A stretch of 61,195 nucleotides of DNA from Candidatus Micrarchaeia archaeon. Its GTDB lineage: Archaea; Micrarchaeota; Micrarchaeia; Anstonellales; Bilamarchaeaceae. The stretch spans positions 1 to 61,195 of the forward strand of contig JBKHJL010000002.1 in assembly GCA_046538155.1 (NCBI GenBank). Direction: 5' to 3'. A program made the translations under genes and the position numbers. Positions 18,238 through 27,096 of this stretch are shown piece after piece; position 1 is the first letter of the stretch; the number at the start of each line of letters is the position of its first letter. The notes under the pieces were generated by a model, which ran no database searches, had not been told where the DNA came from, and worked only from the letters and a program-made list of their open reading frames with translations.

Positions 18238-19800
18238 CTATTCCTGTCTTTCAAGCCGCTCAAGAAGAACATCTTCATCTATTGGCAGGTCTATTCCCAG
18301 GAGCCTGTGGATAAACATGAATATCTTGACCACCCGCTCATTGTTTTCAGAAGTCTGCCAGGCCATCTGTGACATGTCCATGTCTTTTCCAATGAGCTGG
18401 TAAAGCATTACCCCCTCTCTCCCGTATTTTTTGTAAACAGAATACCCATCTTCTCCATACTTTCTCTTTATGTCCTTGCGGGTTGATGGCTTCAGCGTTA
18501 TGAATCCTTCTTTTTCCAGATATTTCAGGATTTTGTAAACTTTGTAGAGGGGGAATTCTGTTTTGAGGGATATCTCAACAGCATCCCTGTTCCCGTTAAT
18601 CAGCTCAATTACCTTTGGTGAGCCTTTTTTGAATTTTATCATGAGGTTTGCCTTCATCCGTATTTCCCTGAAGGCGCCTTTCCCTGTTTTTTCAGGGATT
18701 TCCAGTATAAACTCCTCCCCTGCTTTACCCCCTATCGGCTCTTTCGGGGAAACTCCTTCCTCCAGCATGGGGGCAAAGCCCACCTCCTTCACCCCTTTTC
18801 TGCGCATACCCGGCTTCTTCTTTTTCTTTTTCCTCTCCGGGTGCTCAAGCTTGATTATCCCCTGGTTTTCCATGAAATCCAGCATCTCTATGAGTTTCTT
18901 CTCCGTGATTCCGGTATCCCTCATTATCTGCTCTGCAGTTCGCTGCCCGTCTATAAGATTGTAAACATCTATGCCGATTTCACCGTATTTCTTTTTTATT
19001 TTCCTTTCTCCGGGAGTAAGGAATATGTCCTCATCCTCTTCTTCAACCGGCTTTTTTCTTTTTCGATACGGCGAAATCTTTCCCTTATCCTCCTCAGGTT
19101 CTTCTTCAGGTTCAGGGAGCTCTTCAGGCTCTTCTGCAATCTCTTCAGGTGCCTCCTCCAGCTCAAGAGGGGCTATTTCTTTTTCCTCAGGAAGCTCCAC
19201 TCCGAATTCTTCTTCAGGGCCGACTCCCATCGGCGGGGGCTCGCCTTTCTTCTTTTTCGCCCGCTTTTCTGGTTTCTTTCCGGGTTTTTTTGCAGCAGGC
19301 TTCTTCTTTTTAGGCGGTTTTGCTGCAGGCTTTTTCTTCCCAGGCTCCGGCATTTCTTCAGGCTCTTCAGGAGGCTCAATCGGCATTATCTCTTCTTCAG
19401 GCTTTATTTCCTCCTGCTCTTTCCTTTTCCGTTTTTTCCCGGGTTTTGCTGCAGGCTTTTTCTTCCCAGGCTCCGGCCCTTCGTATGCCTTTTTTTCTTT
19501 TTCTGCCTTCTTTCCCCCCACTTCCCCCACAGTTTCAACCATCTTGTTTTTCTTGAGGAAAATCAGCATTTCAAAAAGCTTATCTTGCTCAATTCCTGTT
19601 TTTTCCAGAAGTTCTGCAACTTCAGTGCCAGTTTTCTTTATTGTGCGGTATACCTTGAGCCCCGGCTTCCCGAAGTTCTTCAGGACCTTGTTCTGGTTTT
19701 TGAATTTCTGGAGGGAGGTCTTCTCGATTTTTTTTATCACGTTCTTGTTTCCCTTTTCGCTGGCCATGCCACACAACACCCCTGCACATAATTTTTCCAC
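18238..19800 (-). CDS. protein with four winged-helix-like repeats separated by K/E/P-rich linkers
   Basis: There are four similar modules of about 45 aa: KVYRTIKKTGTEVAELLEKTGIEQDKLFEMLIFLKKNKMVE, IDVYNLIDGQRTAEQIMRDTGITEKKLIEMLDFMENQGIIK, PKVIELINGNRDAVEISLKTEFPLYKVYKILKYLEKEGFIT and VMLYQLIGKDMDMSQMAWQTSENNERVVKIFMFIHRLLGI. The start may be ATG 19767. Confidence 0.7.
   Translation of the reverse strand: MEKLCAGVLCGMASEKGNKNVIKKIEKTSLQKFKNQNKVLKNFGKPGLKVYRTIKKTGTEVAELLEKTGIEQDKLFEMLIFLKKNKMVETVGEVGGKKAEKEKKAYEGPEPGKKKPAAKPGKKRKRKEQEEIKPEEEIMPIEPPEEPEEMPEPGKKKPAAKPPKKKKPAAKKPGKKPEKRAKKKKGEPPPMGVGPEEEFGVELPEEKEIAPLELEEAPEEIAEEPEELPEPEEEPEEDKGKISPYRKRKKPVEEEDEDIFLTPGERKIKKKYGEIGIDVYNLIDGQRTAEQIMRDTGITEKKLIEMLDFMENQGIIKLEHPERKKKKKKPGMRRKGVKEVGFAPMLEEGVSPKEPIGGKAGEEFILEIPEKTGKGAFREIRMKANLMIKFKKGSPKVIELINGNRDAVEISLKTEFPLYKVYKILKYLEKEGFITLKPSTRKDIKRKYGEDGYSVYKKYGREGVMLYQLIGKDMDMSQMAWQTSENNERVVKIFMFIHRLLGIDLPIDEDVLLERLERQE
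19316..19477. repeat. perfect 36-nt direct repeat inside CDS 18238-19800 (copies 19316-19351 and 19442-19477)
   Basis: ggttttgctgcaggctttttcttcccaggctccggc occurs twice, 126 nt apart and in frame. Each copy encodes PEPGKKKPAAKP on the minus strand. Confidence 0.9.
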
Positions 19801-19851
19801 AATCTTTATTAACTATAGTCTTTTTGCCCAAACCCAGAGATTACCGAAATC

Positions 19852-19872
19852 TTTTAAATATACATCGGAGGA
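19852..19872 (+). promoter_or_regulatory. TATA-like box (ttttaaatata) plus GGAGGA Shine-Dalgarno upstream of the pilus operon
   Basis: ttttaaatata lies at 19852-19862 and ggagga at 19867-19872. The ATG is at 19882. This is the shared divergent intergenic region with gene 18238-19800. Confidence 0.45.
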
Positions 19873-19881
19873 TATCGTTTT

Positions 19882-21597
19882 ATGGAAATGGAGGACCTCC
19901 TCATCAGCACAGGTGTAGATTCTCTCATACGCCTCATCAAGGAAAAAAAGCGGATTGACATGTCCATGGCCTCCAAGCTTCTTAATCTTCCGCAGACAAC
20001 TGTTGAAGACTGGGCCCATATTCTTGAGGAGGAGGGGCTGATAGAGATTGATTATCAGCTTACTAAAGTGTATTTTAGCTGGGTTCCCCCTACAGAAGAA
20101 GAAATAACAAAAAAGAAAGAGCAGTTCCGCAAAAAGAAAACCAAGCTTGAGAGTGAGGTGGAGAAGCTTGAAAACATCCAGGACCAGGGAAAGAAGGAAT
20201 TGCGGGAATACACCGAAGCGATAAACAAGATTTCCCGACATTTTGAAGATGATTTTGCAAAGCTTGAGGAGCTCTCTGAGCAGCTGGAAAAGGCGAAGGC
20301 AAGGAAGAAGGATGTTTCTGCCAAATCCATGGAGAAGATAGATGAGCTCATGGAAAAGGTGAGCAATGTTGAGGGCTCGCTTAAGGGCTTGGAAGTCCAG
20401 CTGGAATCCACAGGAAAATCTTTCAGGAAGCAGGACCTCGGCCCAAAGCTGAAGAGCGTTGAGGAAGCAAAAAAACATATAGATGAGCTGGACAGCAAAC
20501 TGGATTTACTTGTTTCAGAGGTTGATGAGCTCAGGAAGAAAGCTCCCAAAAAAGATGTTGAAGTGGGGGGCATCAAGAAGAAGTTTAAGGGAATGAAAAA
20601 GGATTTTGGGGAAGTGCGTGAGGATTCCGAATACCTCCGCTCCATGATTTCCGAGTTCAAGGCAAATGCGGAAACAATAAAGGATGCAATGTCCCACATG
20701 GAGGAGCTTTCCGCAAGTGCGGAAAAAACAAGAAACCGCCTGGACAAGGAGTATAAGCATATTCAGGAGCTGAAGAAAACTCTCCCCGAGATTGAAAAGC
20801 AGATAGAGGACGACCTTGCAATAGCAGACCAGTATTCTGAAACCATAAGCATTGCCCAGGAAGTCCTTGAAAACGTCCCCACAAAAAAGGAGATTCTTGA
20901 CCGGCTGGAAGAGCTGGAAAAAGAAGAGGAGAGGATGAGTAAGGACTTCAACAAAATGGAGTCCACTCTTTCCGGGGTTTCGGGAAGCGTGCTTTCTGTG
21001 GGTGACTTGATGGCAGAGCTTGAGAATGCAAAGGCAGAGCTTGAGGATGCCCGGAGCCAGCTTTCGGAAGAAGCGGATGAAATCCTTTCTTCAGTAGAAG
21101 AAGAAACGGCCACGTATGCAACTTTCCAGAAGATAAAGGAGAAAACCAAGATGGCGATAGATGCCTATCTCGCCCAGCTTTCCAAGATAAGGAAGGAAAC
21201 CGCAAACATAAAGAAAGAGCTTAAGGAAGCCAGAGAGGAAAGCAGGAAGAAGATAGGTGAGCTGAAGGGCAGAGCAACTCCCGAGGCAACAAAGAAGGCA
21301 TTGGAGCTGGCAGACAAGCTGAAGAAAAAGAGGCAGGAACTCCAGAAGATAAAGAGAATTATTGCAGACCTGAATTCCCGCTCTGCAATGATCCAGAAAA
21401 ACATTAATCTCCTTTCAAAGGAAGCAAAGCTGATTGCGCTCAGGGAAGAAGGGGCAGGCAGGGGAAAAGGCAAGAAAGGTCCAAAGAAGGAGGGAGTTAG
21501 GGACAAGGTTTCCCTGACCGCGGATGAACAGAAAGAGTTTGAAAAGAAGAGAAAGGAATTAAAAAACTTAATACGTAAGTTGTGGGAAACGGAATGA
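19882..21597 (+). CDS. wHTH-like N-terminal domain plus long E/K-rich coiled-coil protein (pilus-operon accessory)
   Basis: The N-terminus VDSLIRLIKEKKRIDMSMASKLLNLPQTTVEDWAHILEEEGLIEIDY resembles the repeats of the divergent gene. The remaining roughly 480 aa are heptad-like and E/K/L-rich. Confidence 0.65.
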   Translation: MEMEDLLISTGVDSLIRLIKEKKRIDMSMASKLLNLPQTTVEDWAHILEEEGLIEIDYQLTKVYFSWVPPTEEEITKKKEQFRKKKTKLESEVEKLENIQDQGKKELREYTEAINKISRHFEDDFAKLEELSEQLEKAKARKKDVSAKSMEKIDELMEKVSNVEGSLKGLEVQLESTGKSFRKQDLGPKLKSVEEAKKHIDELDSKLDLLVSEVDELRKKAPKKDVEVGGIKKKFKGMKKDFGEVREDSEYLRSMISEFKANAETIKDAMSHMEELSASAEKTRNRLDKEYKHIQELKKTLPEIEKQIEDDLAIADQYSETISIAQEVLENVPTKKEILDRLEELEKEEERMSKDFNKMESTLSGVSGSVLSVGDLMAELENAKAELEDARSQLSEEADEILSSVEEETATYATFQKIKEKTKMAIDAYLAQLSKIRKETANIKKELKEAREESRKKIGELKGRATPEATKKALELADKLKKKRQELQKIKRIIADLNSRSAMIQKNINLLSKEAKLIALREEGAGRGKGKKGPKKEGVRDKVSLTADEQKEFEKKRKELKNLIRKLWETE

Positions 21598-21607
21598 TGG
21601 TGACGAT

Positions 21608-23521
21608 ATGGCAAAATCCAAAAAATCTTCAAAAAAAGGTTCGAAGAAAACAGTAAGGGATATTGTCCGGAGAATCCGGGAATCTCAGAAGAAAGCGGCA
21701 AGTAAGAAAAAAACCGCGCCCCCAAAAAAGAAGGCAGCGAAGAAACCGAAATCCAGGCCCAGAAAGGAAGAAATAGAAGAAGAGCCTGAGGAAGAGAAAG
21801 AGTTTGAGGACCTTGAGGAGGAAAAGCCGCGCGGAAAACCAGAAGAAGAATCGGAAGAGCCTGAAAAGGAAGAGGAAGAAGAAGAGGAACCTGAGGGACC
21901 AGAAGAACCAGAGGGACCAGAAGAACCAGAGGGACCAGAAGACGAAGAAGACGAAGAAGACGAAGAAGAGCCAGAAAGAATGAGCCCAACTGCAGGCGAA
22001 GGAGGCCAGCCCGGTCCGCTCCCGCCATCTCCCCCATCAGGCAGAACAAAGGTCCTGGAGTCCTATACATTCCTTAGCGAATCCATTCCTGTTGAAGTGA
22101 GCATAGTCCAAAAAGATGATTTTGTTCCATACTATACAGTTACTATTCCAGGAATAGCGGGCGGGACAAAGCTGCTTCTTGAAACCAAACTCCGTGCAGA
22201 GCTGATTTCAGATGTAAAGCTGGACATAACCGAGATTCTTGACCCGAAAAAACAGGACATGGTAAAAGCAAAGTTCCAGGAATCTGCAATGAAGGTGCTT
22301 TCAAGGAATTTCCCTCAGCTTCCGAATGAGAAAAAGAAGATTCTTGCATCCTACCTTATCCAGAATACACTTGGGATGGGAGAGCTGGAAACCCCGCTGC
22401 ATGATGAGTTCCTGGAAGAAGTTGTTGTTAATAACTCTCGCGACCCTGTGTGGGTTTACCATAAGAAATACGGATGGTGTAAGACCAACCTCCGTATGAA
22501 GAATGAGTCCAGGATTTATGATTATGCGGCGCTGGTTGCAAGAAAGGTGGGAAGGCAGATAAACATCCTCAACCCTCTGCTTGATGCGCACCTGCCAAGC
22601 GGGGACCGTGTAAATGCAACTCTGTTCCCTGTTTCAAACTATGGGAACACCATGACCATCCGCAAGTTCTCCAAGAACCCTTGGACAATTTCCAACCTGA
22701 TAAGGACAAAGACAATCAGCCCGGAGGTTGCAGCGACAATCTGGCTCTGCGTGCAGAGCGAGCTTTCCCTGCTTGTTTCCGGAGGCACGGGAAGCGGAAA
22801 GACTTCATTCCTGAATGCGCTTTCCGGCCTGGTTCCCGCAAGCCAGAGGATAATCAGCATAGAGGACACAAGGGAACTTACTCTCCCCTCTTTCCTCCAC
22901 TGGGTACCTATGGTCACAAGGGAGCCAAACCCTGAAGGAAAGGGAGAAGTTTCCATGCTGGACCTCATGATAAATGCGCTCAGGCAGAGGCCGGACAGGA
23001 TAGTTGTCGGTGAGATAAGGAGGCAGAAGGAAGCAGAGGTGCTTTTTGAGGCAATGCACACAGGCCACAGCGTCTATGCAACCCTCCATGCAGATAATGC
23101 AGGCCAAACAATAAGCAGGCTGGTAAATCCCCCGATAAATGTTCCGGAGGAGAACCTAGACGCACTTGCAGGAATTGTTGTCCAGTACAGGCAGCGCCGC
23201 CTGAATATCCGCAGAACACTGGAGTTTGCAGAGGTCCAGAACAAGGGAGACCTGAATATGATTTACCGCTGGGATTCCAAGAGGGATGTCACGGTGAAAT
23301 CAGGCAAGCTTGACAAGATTGCGAACACAATTGAGCTTTATGCGGGCCTCAACCCCAAGGAGATACAGAATGATGTGGCCGAGAAGACCAAGGTCCTTAA
23401 CTGGATGGTCAAGCATGGATATGAAGCAGTAAATGAGGTCGGCTCAATAGTTTCCAATTATTATCGCAACTCTGAAGAAGTGCTGGAAGCCGTAAAGAGG
23501 AATGAGACCTGGGAGTTCTGA
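21608..23521 (+). CDS. type II/IV secretion system ATPase (PilB/FlaI/TadA/EpdL-like) with ~150-aa charged N-terminal extension
   Basis: Walker A VSGGTGSGKTSFLNAL, Walker B region RPDRIVVGEIRRQKEA, His-box GHSVYATLHA. The N-terminus is K-rich and then E/P-rich. Confidence 0.9.
   Translation: MAKSKKSSKKGSKKTVRDIVRRIRESQKKAASKKKTAPPKKKAAKKPKSRPRKEEIEEEPEEEKEFEDLEEEKPRGKPEEESEEPEKEEEEEEEPEGPEEPEGPEEPEGPEDEEDEEDEEEPERMSPTAGEGGQPGPLPPSPPSGRTKVLESYTFLSESIPVEVSIVQKDDFVPYYTVTIPGIAGGTKLLLETKLRAELISDVKLDITEILDPKKQDMVKAKFQESAMKVLSRNFPQLPNEKKKILASYLIQNTLGMGELETPLHDEFLEEVVVNNSRDPVWVYHKKYGWCKTNLRMKNESRIYDYAALVARKVGRQINILNPLLDAHLPSGDRVNATLFPVSNYGNTMTIRKFSKNPWTISNLIRTKTISPEVAATIWLCVQSELSLLVSGGTGSGKTSFLNALSGLVPASQRIISIEDTRELTLPSFLHWVPMVTREPNPEGKGEVSMLDLMINALRQRPDRIVVGEIRRQKEAEVLFEAMHTGHSVYATLHADNAGQTISRLVNPPINVPEENLDALAGIVVQYRQRRLNIRRTLEFAEVQNKGDLNMIYRWDSKRDVTVKSGKLDKIANTIELYAGLNPKEIQNDVAEKTKVLNWMVKHGYEAVNEVGSIVSNYYRNSEEVLEAVKRNETWEF
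21887..21967 (+). repeat. in-frame tandem repeats: 3 x 18 nt (gaacc[t/a]gagggaccagaa) then 3 x 9 nt (gacgaagaa)
   Basis: Read directly. The 18-nt copies are at 21887-21904, 21905-21922 and 21923-21940. The 9-nt copies are at 21941-21949, 21950-21958 and 21959-21967. Together they encode (EPEGPE)x3 (DEE)x3 in the ATPase N-terminal extension. Confidence 0.95.
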
Positions 23522-23525
23522 TCGG

Positions 23526-25091
23526 ATGGATTTCAGCGCTGCCGCAGATGAAGTTTCCCGTGTAGAGGGGTCGGCAGAAGAATACAAACGCCCCGAAATT
23601 AAGAAGAAAAGGGTAGAGCGCTCCCTTGAACTGTCTCCCCAGGAGATATATGAATTGGAATATCCGGACATTGTAAACCAATACAACCGCCTGAAGAAGA
23701 TAATCAGCGCTTCCAGGATGGATATGGGGATGTTTGGTAAGGAGCCAGTGGAGCCCGCGGAGCCGGTTCGGCCCGCAGGAAAGGCAAAAGGCAAGGCCAG
23801 GGAAGTAGAAAAAGAGATGAAAAAAATAAGCATCGAGCGGGCCAGGGAAGCAGTGAGGCCCGCCCCTGTTGCAGAAAAGAAGCCTCCTGAAAAAGAAGCA
23901 CCCCCAAAACCTGCAGAACCCGAAATAGGGCCGATGCCCGGTGAGCCGGAAGGTCCTGCTCCCAGGAAGGCACCTCCTCCAAAACCCAAAAAGGAGAAAG
24001 CCCCCCCTGCACCAATTCTCCCGGAAAAACCCGCCCCAAAAAAGCCCAAGAAGATTACTCCACCTTCTGTGGAAAAGCCTCCCCAGCCAACCGAAGCGAC
24101 AGAACCGGTTCCCGAGGCTCCGGAGCCTGAGGTTGTTTCTCCGGAAGAAGCACCCCCTGCTCCCGCTCCCGAGCCGGGGGTAATTGTTGAAGTTCCGGTT
24201 CCGAAGGAGCTTTCTGAATCACCGGTAAAAGAGGCTGAGAAGACGGTTGACCGGCTGGAAAAACAGCTCGGGGCCCAGATGACAGGAAAGCGCAAGAAGA
24301 AGGTTGATGTTGAAGATACAAAAAAGAGGATGATGGAGCTCACAAGGGAGCTTTTCAAGGAGCGCTCCACTTCCCGCAGGGCAGAGATAAAGAAAGAGAT
24401 TGTTGCGCTCAAGGGGCTTATTTCAAAATCAAGAGAGGGGGAAGCAGTTTCAGGAGGGCTCCCTGAAGGCTCCCTCCTGGATGCGCTCAAGGATGAACAG
24501 AAATACGAACTGCGTGATGCAAAGAAGAAGGTGGAGTCAATCTATGAGAAGAACCATAAGAAGCTCCTTGCAGAACTGAAGGATCAGCGCGCAATCGCCC
24601 ATCGCGGTCCTGCATTTGATGAGTTTTCAAGTAAGCTGGTGGAGCTTGAACAAAAGCTCATGGAATTAATAGATAAATACCACCCCTTCCTGGTTGCAAA
24701 GCACACTGCAGAACTCTCAAAGCTCAAAGCAAAAGGGGCATCCACACCCGAATCCGAGAAGCTCAAAAAGAAGATTTCAATGGAGTACGGGCATGAGTTT
24801 TCAGAATTTAAAAATTCAATCGGGGAAGAGATACATTCCCAGCTGGAAAGTACTCGCGCGGTGCTTTTTGAGGATGCCGGGGACCCGGAGGCAGCAAAAC
24901 TTTCCCAGATATCAAATGCCCCGGAAGATTCCCTGTTCAACCTGCTCCAGGCAAAGGAGCCCCGCCTTTATGATAAGTATTCAAGGGGGGAGAAAAGCCG
25001 TGCAGAAGCCCTGCGCGAAGCAAGAAGGCTGATGGCCATTGAGGCAGGAATAGATGAGGATACTATAAATAAACGTTTTGGTAGTAAGTAA
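23526..25091 (+). CDS. hypothetical pilus-operon protein with central P/K/E/A-rich region and helical C-terminal half
   Basis: The ORF track starts at 23502, overlapping the ATPase. ATG 23526 lies 5 nt after the ATPase stop. The central PAPVAEKKPPEKEAPPKPAEPE...PEAPEPEVVSPEEAPPAPAPEPG is low complexity. I recognised no family motif. Confidence 0.65.
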   Translation: MDFSAAADEVSRVEGSAEEYKRPEIKKKRVERSLELSPQEIYELEYPDIVNQYNRLKKIISASRMDMGMFGKEPVEPAEPVRPAGKAKGKAREVEKEMKKISIERAREAVRPAPVAEKKPPEKEAPPKPAEPEIGPMPGEPEGPAPRKAPPPKPKKEKAPPAPILPEKPAPKKPKKITPPSVEKPPQPTEATEPVPEAPEPEVVSPEEAPPAPAPEPGVIVEVPVPKELSESPVKEAEKTVDRLEKQLGAQMTGKRKKKVDVEDTKKRMMELTRELFKERSTSRRAEIKKEIVALKGLISKSREGEAVSGGLPEGSLLDALKDEQKYELRDAKKKVESIYEKNHKKLLAELKDQRAIAHRGPAFDEFSSKLVELEQKLMELIDKYHPFLVAKHTAELSKLKAKGASTPESEKLKKKISMEYGHEFSEFKNSIGEEIHSQLESTRAVLFEDAGDPEAAKLSQISNAPEDSLFNLLQAKEPRLYDKYSRGEKSRAEALREARRLMAIEAGIDEDTINKRFGSK

Positions 25092-25116
25092 ATAAGTAAT
25101 ATTATTTGGTGAACAT

Positions 25117-26013
25117 ATGGCAAACCAGAAGAAAAAGGTTACTCCTGTTGCCCTTCCTGTAAGAGGCGGCAGCAAGAGAGGGCCCCTACGCTCAATCTCC
25201 GAGTTTATATTGCCTTATTTTCCAGCACTGCGGAAAAAGATGATCCTTGCGGACATGAAGAAGCCTCCTGAAAAATTCATGGACCAGGTTCTGATTTCAT
25301 CCGTATTTGCGGCAATTGCACTATCCATCCTCGCATTTATTTTCATGGACATGGCAGGCATTGCAATGGCAGCTGCATTCACTGCAGTGCTCTTCCTGCT
25401 CTTCCTCATCTTCGGGTTCTTTTATTTCATGATGTATCCCTCGGTAATGGTACTGAAGAGAAGGAGGGCAATAGACTATGAGCTTGTTTTTGCGGTCAGG
25501 CACCTGCTGATTGGAATCCGCTCAGGCATGCCCCTTTTTGATGCCATGGTCGGAGTTTCCCGTGGCTATGGTGAAGTAAGTAAGGAATTTAACAGCATAG
25601 TGGAGAAGATTACCCTGGGAACACCAATAGCTCAGGCAATAAGGGAGGTTGTGCAGAAGAACCCCTCCCCCGCATTCCGCAGAATAATGATACAGCTTGC
25701 AAATTCCGTGGGCTCTGGTGCAGATGTAGCAGAGTCCCTGGAGATTGTCCTTAATCAGGTCTTCAGGGAACAGATAATAGATATGAAGGCATACGGGCAG
25801 AAACTGAACCCCCTCATCATGTTCTACATGATTTTTGGAATAATTTTCCCTTCACTGGGAATGGCATTTGCAATAATACTTTTTTCATTCATTGGCTCTG
25901 GAAGGTTTGAGTTGAATGCCCCAGTATTGCTCCTTTTCCTGATAATGGTCGGAGTAATCCAGTTTATGTTCCTTTCAATGGTTGAAACATCCAGGCCGAG
26001 GTATGCATTCTGA
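25117..26013 (+). CDS. T2SSF-domain pilus platform protein (TadB/EpdJ-like), single-domain
   Basis: The cytoplasmic helical T2SSF-like domain LLIGIRSGMPLFDAMVGVSRGYGEVSKEFNSIVEKITLGTPIAQAIREV...FRRIMIQLANSVGSGADVAESLE is flanked by TM helices. A GGTGA Shine-Dalgarno lies upstream. Confidence 0.8.
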   Translation: MANQKKKVTPVALPVRGGSKRGPLRSISEFILPYFPALRKKMILADMKKPPEKFMDQVLISSVFAAIALSILAFIFMDMAGIAMAAAFTAVLFLLFLIFGFFYFMMYPSVMVLKRRRAIDYELVFAVRHLLIGIRSGMPLFDAMVGVSRGYGEVSKEFNSIVEKITLGTPIAQAIREVVQKNPSPAFRRIMIQLANSVGSGADVAESLEIVLNQVFREQIIDMKAYGQKLNPLIMFYMIFGIIFPSLGMAFAIILFSFIGSGRFELNAPVLLLFLIMVGVIQFMFLSMVETSRPRYAF

Positions 26014-26016
26014 GGG

Positions 26017-27096
26017 ATGATTATGAGCGCATTAATGGGTTTTTATGAAACAATCGGGCGGCTTCTTTCCCGGAAGCGCATAAGGGCCATTGAGAAATCT
26101 CTTTCCGGTGCAGGGATACTTGTGCCTGCGGAGTCTTTCATGGGTTTCTTTATAGTTCTGACCGTGCTTGTAGGAGCACTTCTGTTCCTGGTGCTGCTGA
26201 ATACTTCCGCAGTGCCAAAATTCATTTATGCTCTTGTAGGCACTTCTATTGTGCTTCCGGACTGGGCATCAATACTCCTCAGCCTGGTTGCTGCATTCGT
26301 GATAGCTTTCCTTGCACTGTTCACCCTTGTCTATACTGCAATACTCCTGCAGACCGAAGCAAGAAGAAGTGCAGTGGAAGAAGTCCTGCCGGATTTCCTT
26401 ACCCTGGTTGCAGGCAACATCCGGGCAGGGATGACTCTTGACCAGGCGATGTGGTATGCGGCAAAGCCGGAATACGGGCTTTTTTCAATTGAGGTAAGGC
26501 GGGTGATAAAGAGCGCTTTTTCAGGAGAGCCCATAGAGAAGTCCCTTGACCGACTGGATATGCGCTTTAACTCCCGGGTACTCCACCGCACTCTTCTTCT
26601 CCTGAAGCAGGCCCTTGCCACAGGAGGGGAAATTGCGGAGATACTGGAGGAGACATCCCAGGATGCCCGTGATGTGGCAATGCACAAAAAGGATATTGCA
26701 GCAACTCTTCTGGTTTACGTAATATTCCTTGTTTTTGCCTCAACAATAGGTGCACCATTCCTGTTTTCGGTTGCAACAAACCTGATAAGCGTGCTTTCAA
26801 TGGCATTTGCATACATGCCTGCAGGAGGGGTGGATGCAGCAGCTTCCTCAGGCATGCCCGCCAGCTTTATCGCAACACCATCCTCACCTTCAATAAGCAC
26901 GGATGAGTTCTTCTGGTTCAGCATGGCCCTGGTGTTCGTGACTTCTCTCATTTCATCCCTTCTGCTAGGAATAATAAGGGGAGGCTCAAAGACACAGGGA
27001 ATGAAGTATTTTCCGTTCATGCTGGTATTTGCCTATATAATTTACTTTGTGGTGGGTTCTTTCCTGGATTCGCTTTTCTCAAGTATGTTCTTCTAG
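26017..27096 (+). CDS. T2SSF-domain pilus platform protein (TadC/EpdK-like), single-domain
   Basis: VAGNIRAGMTLDQAMWYAAKPEYGLFSIEVRRVIKSAFSGEPIEKSLDRL...LLLLKQALATGGEIAEILE is a second T2SSF-type domain with flanking TM helices. Confidence 0.8.
   Translation: MIMSALMGFYETIGRLLSRKRIRAIEKSLSGAGILVPAESFMGFFIVLTVLVGALLFLVLLNTSAVPKFIYALVGTSIVLPDWASILLSLVAAFVIAFLALFTLVYTAILLQTEARRSAVEEVLPDFLTLVAGNIRAGMTLDQAMWYAAKPEYGLFSIEVRRVIKSAFSGEPIEKSLDRLDMRFNSRVLHRTLLLLKQALATGGEIAEILEETSQDARDVAMHKKDIAATLLVYVIFLVFASTIGAPFLFSVATNLISVLSMAFAYMPAGGVDAAASSGMPASFIATPSSPSISTDEFFWFSMALVFVTSLISSLLLGIIRGGSKTQGMKYFPFMLVFAYIIYFVVGSFLDSLFSSMFF

Noticed and set aside
18841-19918. Two long plus-strand ORFs (18841-19791, 316 aa; 18971-19918, 315 aa) antisense to the wHTH-repeat gene
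   Set aside because: Their products are monotonous F/L/S/R-rich strings. They exist only because the K/E/P-rich sense codons lack antisense stop codons. The sense frame has clear domain structure.
21887-21967. Short tandem repeats as a possible CRISPR array or satellite
   Set aside because: The units are 18 and 9 nt, contiguous, without spacers and in frame within the ATPase gene. They are coding microsatellite-like repeats. I saw no CRISPR-like repeat-spacer structure anywhere in the window.
21165-22070. 301-aa minus-strand ORF spanning the end of the coiled-coil gene and the start of the ATPase gene
   Set aside because: It is antisense to E/K-rich coding sequence. The product is L/F/S/P low complexity with no start context.
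23444-24490. 348-aa minus-strand ORF antisense to the P/K-rich pilus-operon gene
   Set aside because: G/S/A/F-rich low complexity generated by the antisense of CCN/AAR codons. The sense ORF fits the operon spacing.
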